From: Sulfurihydrogenibium sp.
GTDB lineage: Bacteria > Aquificota > Aquificia > Aquificales > Hydrogenothermaceae
Direction of reading: 5' to 3'
NCBI GenBank assembly: GCA_037442825.1
Contig: JBBIPN010000019.1
Span: 1 to 19,614 of the forward strand
DNA: 19,614 nt
Both the position numbers and the translations under genes were made by a program. Positions 6,484 through 16,108 of the stretch are shown here, piece after piece. Positions within the stretch are counted from its first letter, which is position 1, and every line of letters begins with the position of its first letter. The notes beneath the pieces were generated by a model, which saw nothing but the letters and a program-made list of their open reading frames with translations, ran no database searches and had not been told where the DNA came from.

Positions 6484-7740
6484 ATGAAGAATATATTTAA
6501 TTTTTTAAAGAAAACTAAAGAAGTCGAAGAAAAATATATAGACAAAGTTACAGGTGTTTACAATAAAAATTATCTTTCTATTATAGAAAAAGAGTTTTAT
6601 AAATTAAATGTTGCTTTTGTATTAATTGATATTGATAATTTTGGAAATATTGTTAATGCTTATGGAAAAGATGTTTGTAATATCTTATTACAAGATATAG
6701 TTAAAATAATAAAATCTAATGTAAGAGAAGATGATACAATAGTAAGAATAGGTGATGATGAATTTTTAATTTTAGTAAACAAAGATGGAAATATCTCTTC
6801 ACCGTTATCAGTTGCAGAAAGAATTATAAATAAGCTATCTATAAATAAGTTTTTTATAATAACCTCTAAAATAAAATTAACTGCTTCTGCAGGTGTATAT
6901 CTTACGCCAGAAAAAGATACTAATTTATCTGATGCTTTGAAAAAAGTTGATATGGCTTTATCGCAAGCAAAAAAAAGAAAAAATACTGTAGAAATATACA
7001 ATGTATCGAGAGTACAAGATATTAATAAACAAATTCTTGATATAAAAGAAGCTATAAATGATAATAGGATAATCTGTTATTATCAACCAATTTTTGATTT
7101 TGATACTCTGAAAACTGTTAAATATGAAGCTTTAGTTAGAATGTTAACACCAGAAAGGAAAATAGTTTTACCAAATCTATTTATAACTTCTATAATTAAT
7201 ACTCACGTATATCAAGAACTTACTAAAAAAGTTATCATGTTTAATGCAAGTATTATAAAATCAAAAAACATAGATGTAAGTATAAATTTATTGCCTTCCG
7301 ATATTCTGGATTTAGATATATTTAACTTGTTATATTCTTTACCTAGGGAGATAAAATCAAAGATTACAGTTGAACTTTTAGAATCTGAAAGTGTAAATGA
7401 TTATAAAGTTTTGAGAGAAAATTTAAGTAAACTTAAAAATGAAGGGATTAAGATCGCATTGGATGATTTTGGTTCAGGATTCTCAAATCTACTTCATTTA
7501 ATAGAACTTAATTTTGATTATATAAAGATAGATGGACAGATTATAAGAAAGGTAGATGAAGATGTTGTATCTTATAAAGCTGTAAAAGCTATAAATGCTA
7601 TGGCAAAAGAGATCAATTTAAAAGTAATAGCTGAGTTTATATCATCTCAAAGTATATTTAATAAATTAAAAGAGATAGGTATAGACTATGGTCAAGGTTA
7701 TTACTTTAAAGAACCTTTACATCCATCTGTGATTAAATAA
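6484..7740 (+). CDS. GGDEF-EAL protein, probable c-di-GMP phosphodiesterase with degenerate GGDEF domain
   Basis: DKVTGVYN, DIDNF and RIGDDEF in the GGDEF part; YQP, YEALVRM, SINL, ELLES, LDDFGSGFS, IKIDG, AEF and QGYYF in the EAL part. Confidence 0.9.
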   Translation: MKNIFNFLKKTKEVEEKYIDKVTGVYNKNYLSIIEKEFYKLNVAFVLIDIDNFGNIVNAYGKDVCNILLQDIVKIIKSNVREDDTIVRIGDDEFLILVNKDGNISSPLSVAERIINKLSINKFFIITSKIKLTASAGVYLTPEKDTNLSDALKKVDMALSQAKKRKNTVEIYNVSRVQDINKQILDIKEAINDNRIICYYQPIFDFDTLKTVKYEALVRMLTPERKIVLPNLFITSIINTHVYQELTKKVIMFNASIIKSKNIDVSINLLPSDILDLDIFNLLYSLPREIKSKITVELLESESVNDYKVLRENLSKLKNEGIKIALDDFGSGFSNLLHLIELNFDYIKIDGQIIRKVDEDVVSYKAVKAINAMAKEINLKVIAEFISSQSIFNKLKEIGIDYGQGYYFKEPLHPSVIK

Positions 7741-8683
7741 GATTGATCAAAGTATCTCTTGATACTGTTGCAGTACCTATTTCACCTACAACATAACCGG
7801 CAGCATAGTTGGCTAAAGATGCTGATTCTTTCCATGAGCCACCTACAACCTTAGATAGAGATAAAACAGATATTACTGTATCACCAGCACCAGTTACATC
7901 AAAAACTTTTTTAGCTTTAGCTGGAATTTTTATTACTTTATTTTTATCAAAAAGTGCCATTCCATCTCCACCAAGTGTTATTAAAAGTTGTTCTAAATTT
8001 AGCTGAGACATTATCTCTTTCCCAACTTCTTCCACTGATAAACTTTTATCAGCTTTTATACTTTCATAAGCTTCTTTTTTATTTGGTGTCATAATTGTTA
8101 TATTTTTATAGAGATTGAAATTTGATGGTTTTGGGTCAACAAAAACCATTTTTTTACTTTCTTTTATCTTTTCCATTATTTTATGTGTTATAACACCTTT
8201 ACCATAATCTGAGACGATAAATGCATCTACTTTATTTTTTATTTTATCTATCTGTTCAATGATTTTATCTTCTATATCAGTAGATATTTTTGATTTATCT
8301 TCTCTATCGATTCTTAAAAGTTGTTGACTTACAGCTATTACTCTTGTTTTTTCTATTGTTGGTCTTTCTTCTGTTTTTATAAGTAATGGTTCTATATTTT
8401 TTGATATTAATAAAGATTCTACTATTTTACCACTTTCGTCATTTCCAATAATACCTATCATATAAGCTTTTGCATCTAAACTTGAAATATTATTTGCAAC
8501 GTTTGAAGCACCTCCAAGGGAAACAGTTTCTTTTTTTACTTCAACTATTGGGACAGGTGCTTCAGGAGATATCCTTTCAACTTCTCCCCATATATATCTA
8601 TCAAGAATTATATCTCCAATAACAGCTATACTTACATCAGAAAACTGAGATATTAATTTTGATGCCTTGTTTTTTGTAATCAT
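7733..8683 (-). CDS. rfaE1: D-glycero-beta-D-manno-heptose-7-phosphate kinase (stand-alone RfaE domain I / HldA)
   Basis: GDIILDRY, RISPEAPVP, GGASNVA, QQLLRIDRE, SDYGKG, DPK, TPN, DVTGAGDT; 316 aa with no adenylyltransferase domain. Confidence 0.93.
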   Translation of the reverse strand: MITKNKASKLISQFSDVSIAVIGDIILDRYIWGEVERISPEAPVPIVEVKKETVSLGGASNVANNISSLDAKAYMIGIIGNDESGKIVESLLISKNIEPLLIKTEERPTIEKTRVIAVSQQLLRIDREDKSKISTDIEDKIIEQIDKIKNKVDAFIVSDYGKGVITHKIMEKIKESKKMVFVDPKPSNFNLYKNITIMTPNKKEAYESIKADKSLSVEEVGKEIMSQLNLEQLLITLGGDGMALFDKNKVIKIPAKAKKVFDVTGAGDTVISVLSLSKVVGGSWKESASLANYAAGYVVGEIGTATVSRDTLINLI

Positions 8684-9699
8684 GGATAAATTGCTAGATT
8701 TTTTAGATTATAACTTTCTTCAAAACCTAAAACTATATTCATATTTTGAAGAGCTTGAGAAGATGCACCTTTTCCTAAATTGTCTATTGCTGTAGTTATA
8801 ACTGTATAACCTGTTTTTTCATCTGTATCAAAATAGATATCACAGTAGTTGGTTCCTATAACTTCTTTTATTCTTGGTGGTCTTGATTGTAGTCTTATGA
8901 ATGCCTCATTATTATAATAATCACTATAAAGTTTTTTTAGCTTATTTTTTGTTAAATTTGTTTTTATATTAATAGTACTAATCATTCCTCTTGAAACGGG
9001 AATTATGTGTGGTGTAAATCTTACTTTTAGAGGAATTTGCGAGATATTAAATATAACATCTTCTATTTCTGGTGTATGTCTATGTTTTGTTATGTTGTAT
9101 GCATATGCATTTGAAAAACTTTCTGGATACATAAAATCCTCTTTCAGATGTCTCCCAGCTCCAGATATTCCAGATAACGCATTTACGATAATTACTTCAT
9201 CATCTATTAATTTCTCTTTTAGTACTGGATATATTCCTAATAATGTTGCAGTTGGATAACATCCTGGATTTGCTATTAATCTACTATCTTTTATTTTATC
9301 TCTAAATATCTCAGGTAAGCCGTAAATTGCCTTTTCCAAAAGTTCTGGATATTTGTGCTCAAAGTTATAATATTCTGGGTAAGCAATTGAATTTTTTATC
9401 CTATAAGCAGCAGATAAATCAATAACGATTTTTTCATTATCTATTAAAATTTTTGTTAAATCTAAAGATGCTTCATGTGGTAAACAGAGAAAGTATATAT
9501 CAGAGTCTAAACTAACTTCATTTGTAAATGTTAAATCTTTATATTTGGAAGAAGAGAAAACAGGAAAAACTTCCTTAAGTGTTTTCCCTGCATACTGTCT
9601 TGATACTATCTCTTTTATTTCAACATCTTTATATAAATCTAATAATCTTAATAGTTCTAATCCAGTATAGCCAGAAGCTCCTGCTATAGAGACTTTCAT
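8680..9699 (-). CDS. argC: N-acetyl-gamma-glutamyl-phosphate reductase
   Basis: GASGYTG, CLPH, IDLSAAYR, YGLPE, ANPGCYPT, SGISGAG, HRHTPEI, IDNLGKGA. Confidence 0.97.
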   Translation of the reverse strand: MKVSIAGASGYTGLELLRLLDLYKDVEIKEIVSRQYAGKTLKEVFPVFSSSKYKDLTFTNEVSLDSDIYFLCLPHEASLDLTKILIDNEKIVIDLSAAYRIKNSIAYPEYYNFEHKYPELLEKAIYGLPEIFRDKIKDSRLIANPGCYPTATLLGIYPVLKEKLIDDEVIIVNALSGISGAGRHLKEDFMYPESFSNAYAYNITKHRHTPEIEDVIFNISQIPLKVRFTPHIIPVSRGMISTINIKTNLTKNKLKKLYSDYYNNEAFIRLQSRPPRIKEVIGTNYCDIYFDTDEKTGYTVITTAIDNLGKGASSQALQNMNIVLGFEESYNLKNLAIYP

Positions 9700-9704
9700 A
9701 AATA

Positions 9705-10133
9705 TTAACGTTTAGACCATCTGTATTTTGCTCTTGCACCCATTTGGTTATATTTTTTACGTTCTTTAACTCTTGCATCTCTTGTCATCAACCCAGCTGC
9801 TTTTAAAGGAGTTCTTAATTCTGGATTGTAACTTTCTAAAGCTTTTGCTATTCCATACATTACAGCTTCTGCTTGAGCAGGTTTTCCACTACCTTTTACA
9901 GTTGCATATACGTCAAACTTTCCAACGGTACCCGTTGTAACAAAAGGATTGTTTATCTTTGCCATAAGTATATCTCTTTCAAAATACTCTTTAGCATCCC
10001 ACTCTTTTCCAGAAGTACTTCTAACTAATACTCTTCCTGTTCCGGGTAAAATCCAAACTCTTGCTATCGCTTCTTTTCTTCTTCCTGTTCCATAGTTAGC
10101 TATTTTAGGGTCTATTTTAATTGATTTTTCCAA
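9705..10133 (-). CDS. rpsI: 30S ribosomal protein S9
   Basis: GTGRRKEAIARV, TRDARVKERKK, C-terminal WSKR; TTG start 7 nt after AGGAGGT. Confidence 0.98.
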   Translation of the reverse strand: MEKSIKIDPKIANYGTGRRKEAIARVWILPGTGRVLVRSTSGKEWDAKEYFERDILMAKINNPFVTTGTVGKFDVYATVKGSGKPAQAEAVMYGIAKALESYNPELRTPLKAAGLMTRDARVKERKKYNQMGARAKYRWSKR

Positions 10134-10148
10134 TGTATAAACCTCCTA

Positions 10149-10601
10149 TTAAACTGCTTTCCAAAGTTTTGATAATTCTTCCAATGGTTTTGGATTTTGT
10201 GCTACATGTGGATGGGTTTCACCAGTGTAAAGTTTCAATCTTTTCATATATCTTTTTTGAAGTTTGTTTTTTGGCAACATTCTTTCTACAGCTAAAGCTA
10301 AAGCTTCTGCAGGTTTATGTTCGATCATCCAACCAAGGCTTCTTACTTTTAATCCACCTGGTGTATTTGTGTGAAACTTATACTCTTTATCTGTAAGTTT
10401 TTTACCTGTAACTGTGAATTTATTAGCGTTTAAAACTATAACATAATCTCCACAGTCTACATCTAGTTGAAAAGTAGGTTTATGTTTTCCTCTTAAAGTA
10501 TTTGCTATTAATGTTGCCAACCTTCCAAGGTTTTTACCTTTAGCATCAATAATATACCAATCTCTCTTTACATCTTCTTTTCTTAAATGGAATGTCCTCA
10601 T
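10149..10601 (-). CDS. rplM: 50S ribosomal protein L13
   Basis: WYIIDA, LGRLAT, LRGKHKP, VDCGD, MLPKN, HPH; upstream of rpsI. Confidence 0.98.
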   Translation of the reverse strand: MRTFHLRKEDVKRDWYIIDAKGKNLGRLATLIANTLRGKHKPTFQLDVDCGDYVIVLNANKFTVTGKKLTDKEYKFHTNTPGGLKVRSLGWMIEHKPAEALALAVERMLPKNKLQKRYMKRLKLYTGETHPHVAQNPKPLEELSKLWKAV

Positions 10602-10636
10602 CTTTTTACTCCTTTCTGTAAAAAATTCAAAACAGT

Positions 10637-10665
10637 ATTATAACACAAATATGTTTATTTGGCAA
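10637..10665 (-). promoter_or_regulatory. Sigma70-type promoter of rplM-rpsI
   Basis: TTGCCA (10665-10660), 17 nt, then TATAAT (10642-10637), with a TG extension (TGTTATAAT). Confidence 0.75.
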
Positions 10666-10669
10666 TATA

Positions 10670-11233
10670 TTAAGCGTTTGGTGTTATAAGTCCGTAGTTT
10701 CCTGCTTTTTTTCTATATATAATGTTTACTTGACCAGTTTCTGAATTAATAAATGGTAAAAAGAATGCCCCAAGTTCTTCAAGCATCAATTTAGCATCTT
10801 CTACAGTCATAGGTTTGTCTACCGGTAATGGTTCTATTGTTATTGATGGTCTTTCTATTGAAGGTGTTGTAACTGTATGTTCTTTTAATTTTTCTAACCT
10901 TCCTTCCCTTCTTTTTTCTTCAATTCTTCTGCTTTTCAATCTTATAATTTGTCTTTCTACTTCATCTATCACAAAATCTATAGCTGAGTATAGGTCATTA
11001 CTTTCTTCCCAAGCATGTATCACACCACCACCAGGTGTGTTAAAATAAATGTCAATATCTACTCTATTCCTGTGCCTATGTTTTTCAAAATCATAAACAA
11101 CTCTTACTCTTACAGAATTTTCGTTAGTATCTAAATCTTTTAAATAGTTTTTAAGTCTTTCTAATTTGTGTTCTGTATAAGATTTGATAAATTCTGTTAC
11201 TTCAATGTTTTTCCCTACATGTTCAACTTGCAT
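10670..11233 (-). CDS. hpf: Ribosome hibernation promoting factor, long form (S30AE N- and C-terminal domains)
   Basis: GKNIEVT, DLYSAID, ERQI, KPMTVEDA, NIIYRKKAGNYGLI; directly downstream of rpoN. Confidence 0.93.
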   Translation of the reverse strand: MQVEHVGKNIEVTEFIKSYTEHKLERLKNYLKDLDTNENSVRVRVVYDFEKHRHRNRVDIDIYFNTPGGGVIHAWEESNDLYSAIDFVIDEVERQIIRLKSRRIEEKRREGRLEKLKEHTVTTPSIERPSITIEPLPVDKPMTVEDAKLMLEELGAFFLPFINSETGQVNIIYRKKAGNYGLITPNA

Positions 11234-12542
11234 TTTTAAATCCTCCTGTTTTTCTTTTTCTTGAATCTGGAATATTTAGTTCTTCTCTATATTTTGTAAC
11301 TGTTCTCCTTGCTATATTTATACCTTCTTTTTTTAATACATTTACTATATCGTTATCACTTAAAGGTTTTTCTGGATCTTCATTTTCTATTAATTTTTGA
11401 ACTAAATATTTTACACGATCAGAAGATATATTTCCACTTTTTTTACTTGCTTTGTTGGAAAAGAATGATTTTAGTGGTATTACACCTAATGGTGTTTGTG
11501 CAAATTTGTTTGAAACTGTTCTGCTTATAGTAGATTCATGTAGTTCTGTTTTTTCAGCTACCTCTTTTAGCGTTAAAGGTTTTAAAAATTCTTTTCCGTA
11601 CTTGAGAAAATCAGTTTGTTCTTTTACCAGTACTTCCATGAGTTTATATAAATTCTCTCTTCTTTGTTGTATCCCCTTTATAAGGCCTACTGCTCTTTCT
11701 AGTTTTTCGTGTAGAAAATTTCTTGTTTCTTGTGGAAGATTTTTATTATTTATAAGTTTTTTATAGTTCGTTGTAAGGTTTATACTTGGTATATTCTTTT
11801 CATTTATCTCTATTTTAAATGGTTTTGTTTCATCATTTATCTCATATATAAAAATATCTGGTTCAACATATCTAACTTCAAAATCTTCATACCCATAAAG
11901 CGGATAATGTCTAAGTAGTTTTATATTGTTGATGATTTCATCTAACGTTTCTTGTGGAATATTGTATTTTTTTGTTAAGTATTCTGTGTCTTTTAATTTT
12001 TCTAATTCTTCATTTATGATTTTTGTAGCAGTCTCATTTTTGCCAAATTTATCTATGTATTCTACAGTTAAAAACTCTTTTAATGATTTTGAGGCAATTC
12101 CAGTAGGTTCAAAGTTTAAAACCTTTTCTCTAACTTTTTCTACTTTTTCTATCGTTGTATTAAGCTTTTCAGCTATATCTTTAATAGTTTCTTCTTTTAA
12201 ATATCCTTTCTCATCTATACTATCTATAATCTCTAAAGCTATCTCTTTATCAAAACTGTCATCAAACTCTAGATCTACTTGTAAAGTAAGTGTTTCAAGA
12301 AGAGATGGCTTATAAGCTATGTTGTTAAAAGGATTAAAGTCTTCTTCATCTTCATCATAAAAACTACTTTCTTTTTGTGGTTGGATATAAATAACTTCTT
12401 CTAAAAAAGGATTTTCTTCTAATTCTGAAATTATTTCTTTTGTAAGTTCTTGTTTTGGTAGTATCATAATATTTAGTTGGTGTTTTAAGCTTAATGTTAA
12501 ATGTAGCTTATTTTGAAGTTTTAAACTTAAATTTTGTTTCAT
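11223..12542 (-). CDS. rpoN: RNA polymerase sigma-54 factor
   Basis: Leu/Gln-rich region [36 protein letters not shown] and RpoN box [10 protein letters not shown]. Confidence 0.97.
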   Translation of the reverse strand: MKQNLSLKLQNKLHLTLSLKHQLNIMILPKQELTKEIISELEENPFLEEVIYIQPQKESSFYDEDEEDFNPFNNIAYKPSLLETLTLQVDLEFDDSFDKEIALEIIDSIDEKGYLKEETIKDIAEKLNTTIEKVEKVREKVLNFEPTGIASKSLKEFLTVEYIDKFGKNETATKIINEELEKLKDTEYLTKKYNIPQETLDEIINNIKLLRHYPLYGYEDFEVRYVEPDIFIYEINDETKPFKIEINEKNIPSINLTTNYKKLINNKNLPQETRNFLHEKLERAVGLIKGIQQRRENLYKLMEVLVKEQTDFLKYGKEFLKPLTLKEVAEKTELHESTISRTVSNKFAQTPLGVIPLKSFFSNKASKKSGNISSDRVKYLVQKLIENEDPEKPLSDNDIVNVLKKEGINIARRTVTKYREELNIPDSRKRKTGGFKNAS

Positions 12543-13222
12543 GTGCTACCTTCTTTTAAGATTTCTTTTATTATTTTATTTTTATCTTTTTCTTTTAAAA
12601 TAGGTCTTCCAACAACTATTATATCAGCACCATTTTTGTAAGCTTCTAACGGTGTAGCTATTCGTGTTTGGTCATCTGTTTTTTCTTTAGAAAGTCTAAT
12701 ACCTGGAACAACAGCTATAAAAGGTTTGTTTATATTTTCTTTTAACATTTTTACTTCATATGTAGATGTTACAATACCATCAATACCGTTATCTGTAGCT
12801 GTTTTAGCTAATTTAAATGCAAGTTGATGTAAAGTGTATTTTGAACCTAAGTAATCTTTATAGTCTTCGCTATGGCTTGTAAGGATTGTAACAGCGAGGA
12901 GTTTTAGATCTGTATTTTCCTTTGCTTTTACTGCATAATCCATCATCTGTGGCCCACCAAGGGCATGGATTGTAAGGTAATCAACGTTTAAATCACAAGC
13001 AGCTTTTACACCATTGTATACGGTGTTTGGTATATCATGAAGTTTTAAATCTAGAAAAACTTCAAAACCTCTTGTTTTTATCTCTTTTATAAATTCTTTT
13101 CCACCTTTAATAAATAGGATATATCCAACTTTTATTATTATTTTCTCTTCTATTTCATCTAATATAGATAAGGCTGTTGATACATTTTCAACATCTAACG
13201 CAAAAGCTAACTTTTTTGCCAC
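12539..13222 (-). CDS. pyrF: Orotidine 5'-phosphate decarboxylase
   Basis: [44 protein letters not shown] 13222 is preferred to TTG 13228 on SD spacing (AGGAG at 13232-13236). Confidence 0.96.
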   Translation of the reverse strand: MAKKLAFALDVENVSTALSILDEIEEKIIIKVGYILFIKGGKEFIKEIKTRGFEVFLDLKLHDIPNTVYNGVKAACDLNVDYLTIHALGGPQMMDYAVKAKENTDLKLLAVTILTSHSEDYKDYLGSKYTLHQLAFKLAKTATDNGIDGIVTSTYEVKMLKENINKPFIAVVPGIRLSKEKTDDQTRIATPLEAYKNGADIIVVGRPILKEKDKNKIIKEILKEGST

Positions 13223-13251
13223 TGCCAAAATCTCCTTTTTATATTTATATA

Positions 13252-14823
13252 TTATAATCTATTTACTGATTTTTTTATTTCATCTATGTGAATTTTGTAG
13301 TATATAGGTCTTCCATGGGGACAAACATTTGGATTTTCTGTTTTTATCCACATCATTAATATTTCTTTTGCTTTTTCAAGAGTCAATCTATCTCCAGCTG
13401 TAATAGACATTTTACAAGATAGAGAAGATAAAATGCTATCTATTGTAATACTTCCACCTTTTTCTAATATTTCATACATCAATGTTATAGATTTTTCTAC
13501 TGGTAAATTATAAGGAATACCTTTTATATAAAATTCTCCATTGTTTTCTTCTATCAAAAATCCAACATTTTCTAAATCTTTAGATACTACTTTTATCATC
13601 TCTTTTTGTTCTGGTGTAAGTTCTACTTTTATTGGTGAAATTAGTCGTTGAGAATCTATTTTACTTCTTTCTTCAAGTTTATTTTTTAACATCTCAAACA
13701 TAACTCTTTCGTTGGCTACATGTTGGTCTATAAAGTAAACTTCTTTGTTGTAGTAAGCTATTATAAAGGTGTCTTCAACCTGTCCTATTATTTCAAAGTT
13801 TTCTTTTTCTGTGTCATAAATTGGTTTAGGTTGTTTTAAATAATTTTCCTGCAATGATACTACAGAAGTTTTAAACTGGTTTAACTGTTTTTCAAAAGCA
13901 CTATCTATGAGATTTAAAACGGTACTTTCTTTTCTAAACTTTACTTCTTCTTTTGAGGGATGAATATTTACATCTACCATATAAGGTGGTATTTCTATAA
14001 AGATAACATAAAAACCATCTCCAATTTTCTTCTTTATGTAGTTAGATACCGTACTATTTTTTACAGGTCTTTTGTTGATAAATAGATATTTTCTCTTAAA
14101 AATTTCACTATCTAAACCGATATAACCATATATCTTACCTAACTGATTTTCATATTCTACATGTTTTAGTTTTTTAAAAAAATCTTCATTGTAAATAGTT
14201 TTTAATCTTGTTTCTAAATTTGATGGGTAAAGGTTAAATATTTCTCTATTATCATTGTATAGCTTAAGATGTATAGATGGATTAGAAAGGGCATACTTTA
14301 TAAAAGTAGTAACTATATGAAGGTTTTCAGTGTTATCAGATTTTAAAAACTTTTCTCTTGCAGGTGTATTGAAAAATATATTTTTAACTTCAACTTTTGT
14401 TCCTATAGATGTTCCAATTTCCGAAAAAATTAAAAGTTTTCCACCTTCTACATATATCTGGTTTCCTATTAATTGGTTTTTTGTTCTTGATGTTATCCTT
14501 ATTTTAGATACAGCAGATATACTTGCTAAAGCTTCTCCTCTAAAACCATAACTTAGTATGTTAAATAAATCTTCTTCTGTTTTTATTTTGCTTGTGTAAT
14601 GCCTTTTTACTGCGTTTAAAAGGTCATCTTTCTCAATACCTTCCCCGTCATCTATAACTGTAATCTCTCTTTTTCCAGCTTTTTCTATAAAAACTTCTAT
14701 TTTTGTAGCTTTTGCGTCTATACTATTTTCTATAAGTTCTTTTAATACTGATGATGGTCTTTCCACTATTTCTCCAGCAGCAATTTTGTTTATAACTTCT
14801 TCTGGTAGTAGTTTAATCTTCAA
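13252..14823 (-). CDS. mutL: DNA mismatch repair endonuclease MutL
   Basis: [40 protein letters not shown]-terminal DQHVANER...E, SCK and CPHGRP; TTG start with AGGAG. Confidence 0.97.
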   Translation of the reverse strand: MKIKLLPEEVINKIAAGEIVERPSSVLKELIENSIDAKATKIEVFIEKAGKREITVIDDGEGIEKDDLLNAVKRHYTSKIKTEEDLFNILSYGFRGEALASISAVSKIRITSRTKNQLIGNQIYVEGGKLLIFSEIGTSIGTKVEVKNIFFNTPAREKFLKSDNTENLHIVTTFIKYALSNPSIHLKLYNDNREIFNLYPSNLETRLKTIYNEDFFKKLKHVEYENQLGKIYGYIGLDSEIFKRKYLFINKRPVKNSTVSNYIKKKIGDGFYVIFIEIPPYMVDVNIHPSKEEVKFRKESTVLNLIDSAFEKQLNQFKTSVVSLQENYLKQPKPIYDTEKENFEIIGQVEDTFIIAYYNKEVYFIDQHVANERVMFEMLKNKLEERSKIDSQRLISPIKVELTPEQKEMIKVVSKDLENVGFLIEENNGEFYIKGIPYNLPVEKSITLMYEILEKGGSITIDSILSSLSCKMSITAGDRLTLEKAKEILMMWIKTENPNVCPHGRPIYYKIHIDEIKKSVNRL

Positions 14824-14835
14824 ATCTTTCTCCTT

Positions 14836-16098
14836 CTAAGCTTTTTTAACTTTAAGTTTTAATCCATCTACATCTTCGATAATAACATCTTCACCTTTTG
14901 GAATAAGTTCATCAGAAAATGCATCCCATATCTCTCCATGGTATAAAACTTTCCCACCTTTTTTGTTTATGTCTGTAATACTTTCAGCTTTATCTCCAAT
15001 CATAGCTTCTAATCCTGTTTTTGGTTTCTCTTTCTGTATCTTTCCGCCAAAGTATGCTACTACAAGGAAAAATATAGAGCTTACAATTACGGTAGCAACT
15101 ACTATCTGTATAGATATATCACCATAAGGTGAATCTGAGGAGAATAAAATAATAGAACCAAGAAGTAGAGATATAACACCAGCTACTGCTAAACCACCAA
15201 ACAAAGGTGTTATCATCTCAAGGATAAAAAATAGTACACCAAGTCCTATAAGTATAACACCAAGCCAGTTTGCTGATATTATGCTAAGTGAGTATAAAGC
15301 TAAAACTAACGATATAGCACCTAAGGTTCCAGGTATGATGCTCCCTGGATTGTAAAGTTCAAAAAACAATCCATAAAATCCAATCATAAGAAGAAAGTAG
15401 GCTACTGTAGGGTTAGATAGAATTGTTAAAATCTTTTCTTTTAAGTTTGTTTCAACGTAGATGATATTCTTGTGTTTTAAAGATAATTTTATTGTTTTAC
15501 CATTTTTTATAACTTCTTTACCTTCTACCTTGTTTAATAAATCGTTTATATCTTTTGCTATAAAGTCTATAACATTATTTTTTAAAGCTTCTTCTGATGT
15601 TAAGTTTGTACTTTTTGTTACCATTTTGGTTATTAGTTCTTCGTTTCTACCTTTTTCTTTTGCAACTGCTTTTACAAACGCTATCATATCATTCATGACC
15701 TTTTTCTTCATTGTCTGTTCTATATCTTTTCCCTCCATACTAACAGGTGAAGCTGAACCTATGTTTGTAGATGGAGCCATTACGGCTATATCTGCCGAAA
15801 TTGTTATTATAGCACCTGCTGATGCAGCTCTTGCACCATTTGGAGCTACATAAACAACAAAAGGAATATGTGTCTGTTGTATTGTTTTTATAATATCTCT
15901 CATAGATGTTTCTAAGCCACCTGGTGTATCAAGTTGAAGTATAACTAAATCTGCAGATATTTTTTCTGATGTGTTTACCAATCTTTTTATGTAATCAGAA
16001 GTTGTAGGAGTTATTGGTTCATTCCATTTACCTACTACAATAGATGCAAAAGATATGTTTGATAAAAGTAAAATTAAGAAAAAGAATCTAGTAACCAT
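14836..16098 (-). CDS. nfeD: Long-form NfeD: ClpP-class membrane serine protease domain, TM segments and OB fold
   Basis: Signal peptide, LDTPGG, ARAASAG, MAPSTNIGSASP, several TM helices, C-terminal GKVLYHGEIWDA. Confidence 0.92.
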   Translation of the reverse strand: MVTRFFFLILLLSNISFASIVVGKWNEPITPTTSDYIKRLVNTSEKISADLVILQLDTPGGLETSMRDIIKTIQQTHIPFVVYVAPNGARAASAGAIITISADIAVMAPSTNIGSASPVSMEGKDIEQTMKKKVMNDMIAFVKAVAKEKGRNEELITKMVTKSTNLTSEEALKNNVIDFIAKDINDLLNKVEGKEVIKNGKTIKLSLKHKNIIYVETNLKEKILTILSNPTVAYFLLMIGFYGLFFELYNPGSIIPGTLGAISLVLALYSLSIISANWLGVILIGLGVLFFILEMITPLFGGLAVAGVISLLLGSIILFSSDSPYGDISIQIVVATVIVSSIFFLVVAYFGGKIQKEKPKTGLEAMIGDKAESITDINKKGGKVLYHGEIWDAFSDELIPKGEDVIIEDVDGLKLKVKKA

Positions 16099-16108
16099 TT
16101 CTTACCTC

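Noticed and set aside
4405..6500. tRNA-Arg as the integration site of an island
   Set aside because: No integrase, no duplicated tRNA 3' end seen, no composition shift, and the downstream genes are coupled to purSQ.
10659..10676. TTGGCA...GC as a sigma54 -24/-12 promoter near rpoN-hpf
   Set aside because: GG-to-GC spacing is 11 rather than 10 and it points antisense; it is better explained as the rplM -35 (TTGCCA) on the other strand.
13241..13260. TATAAT upstream of pyrF as an internal promoter
   Set aside because: No -35 or TG extension, in a nearly pure AT tract; possible but unsupported.
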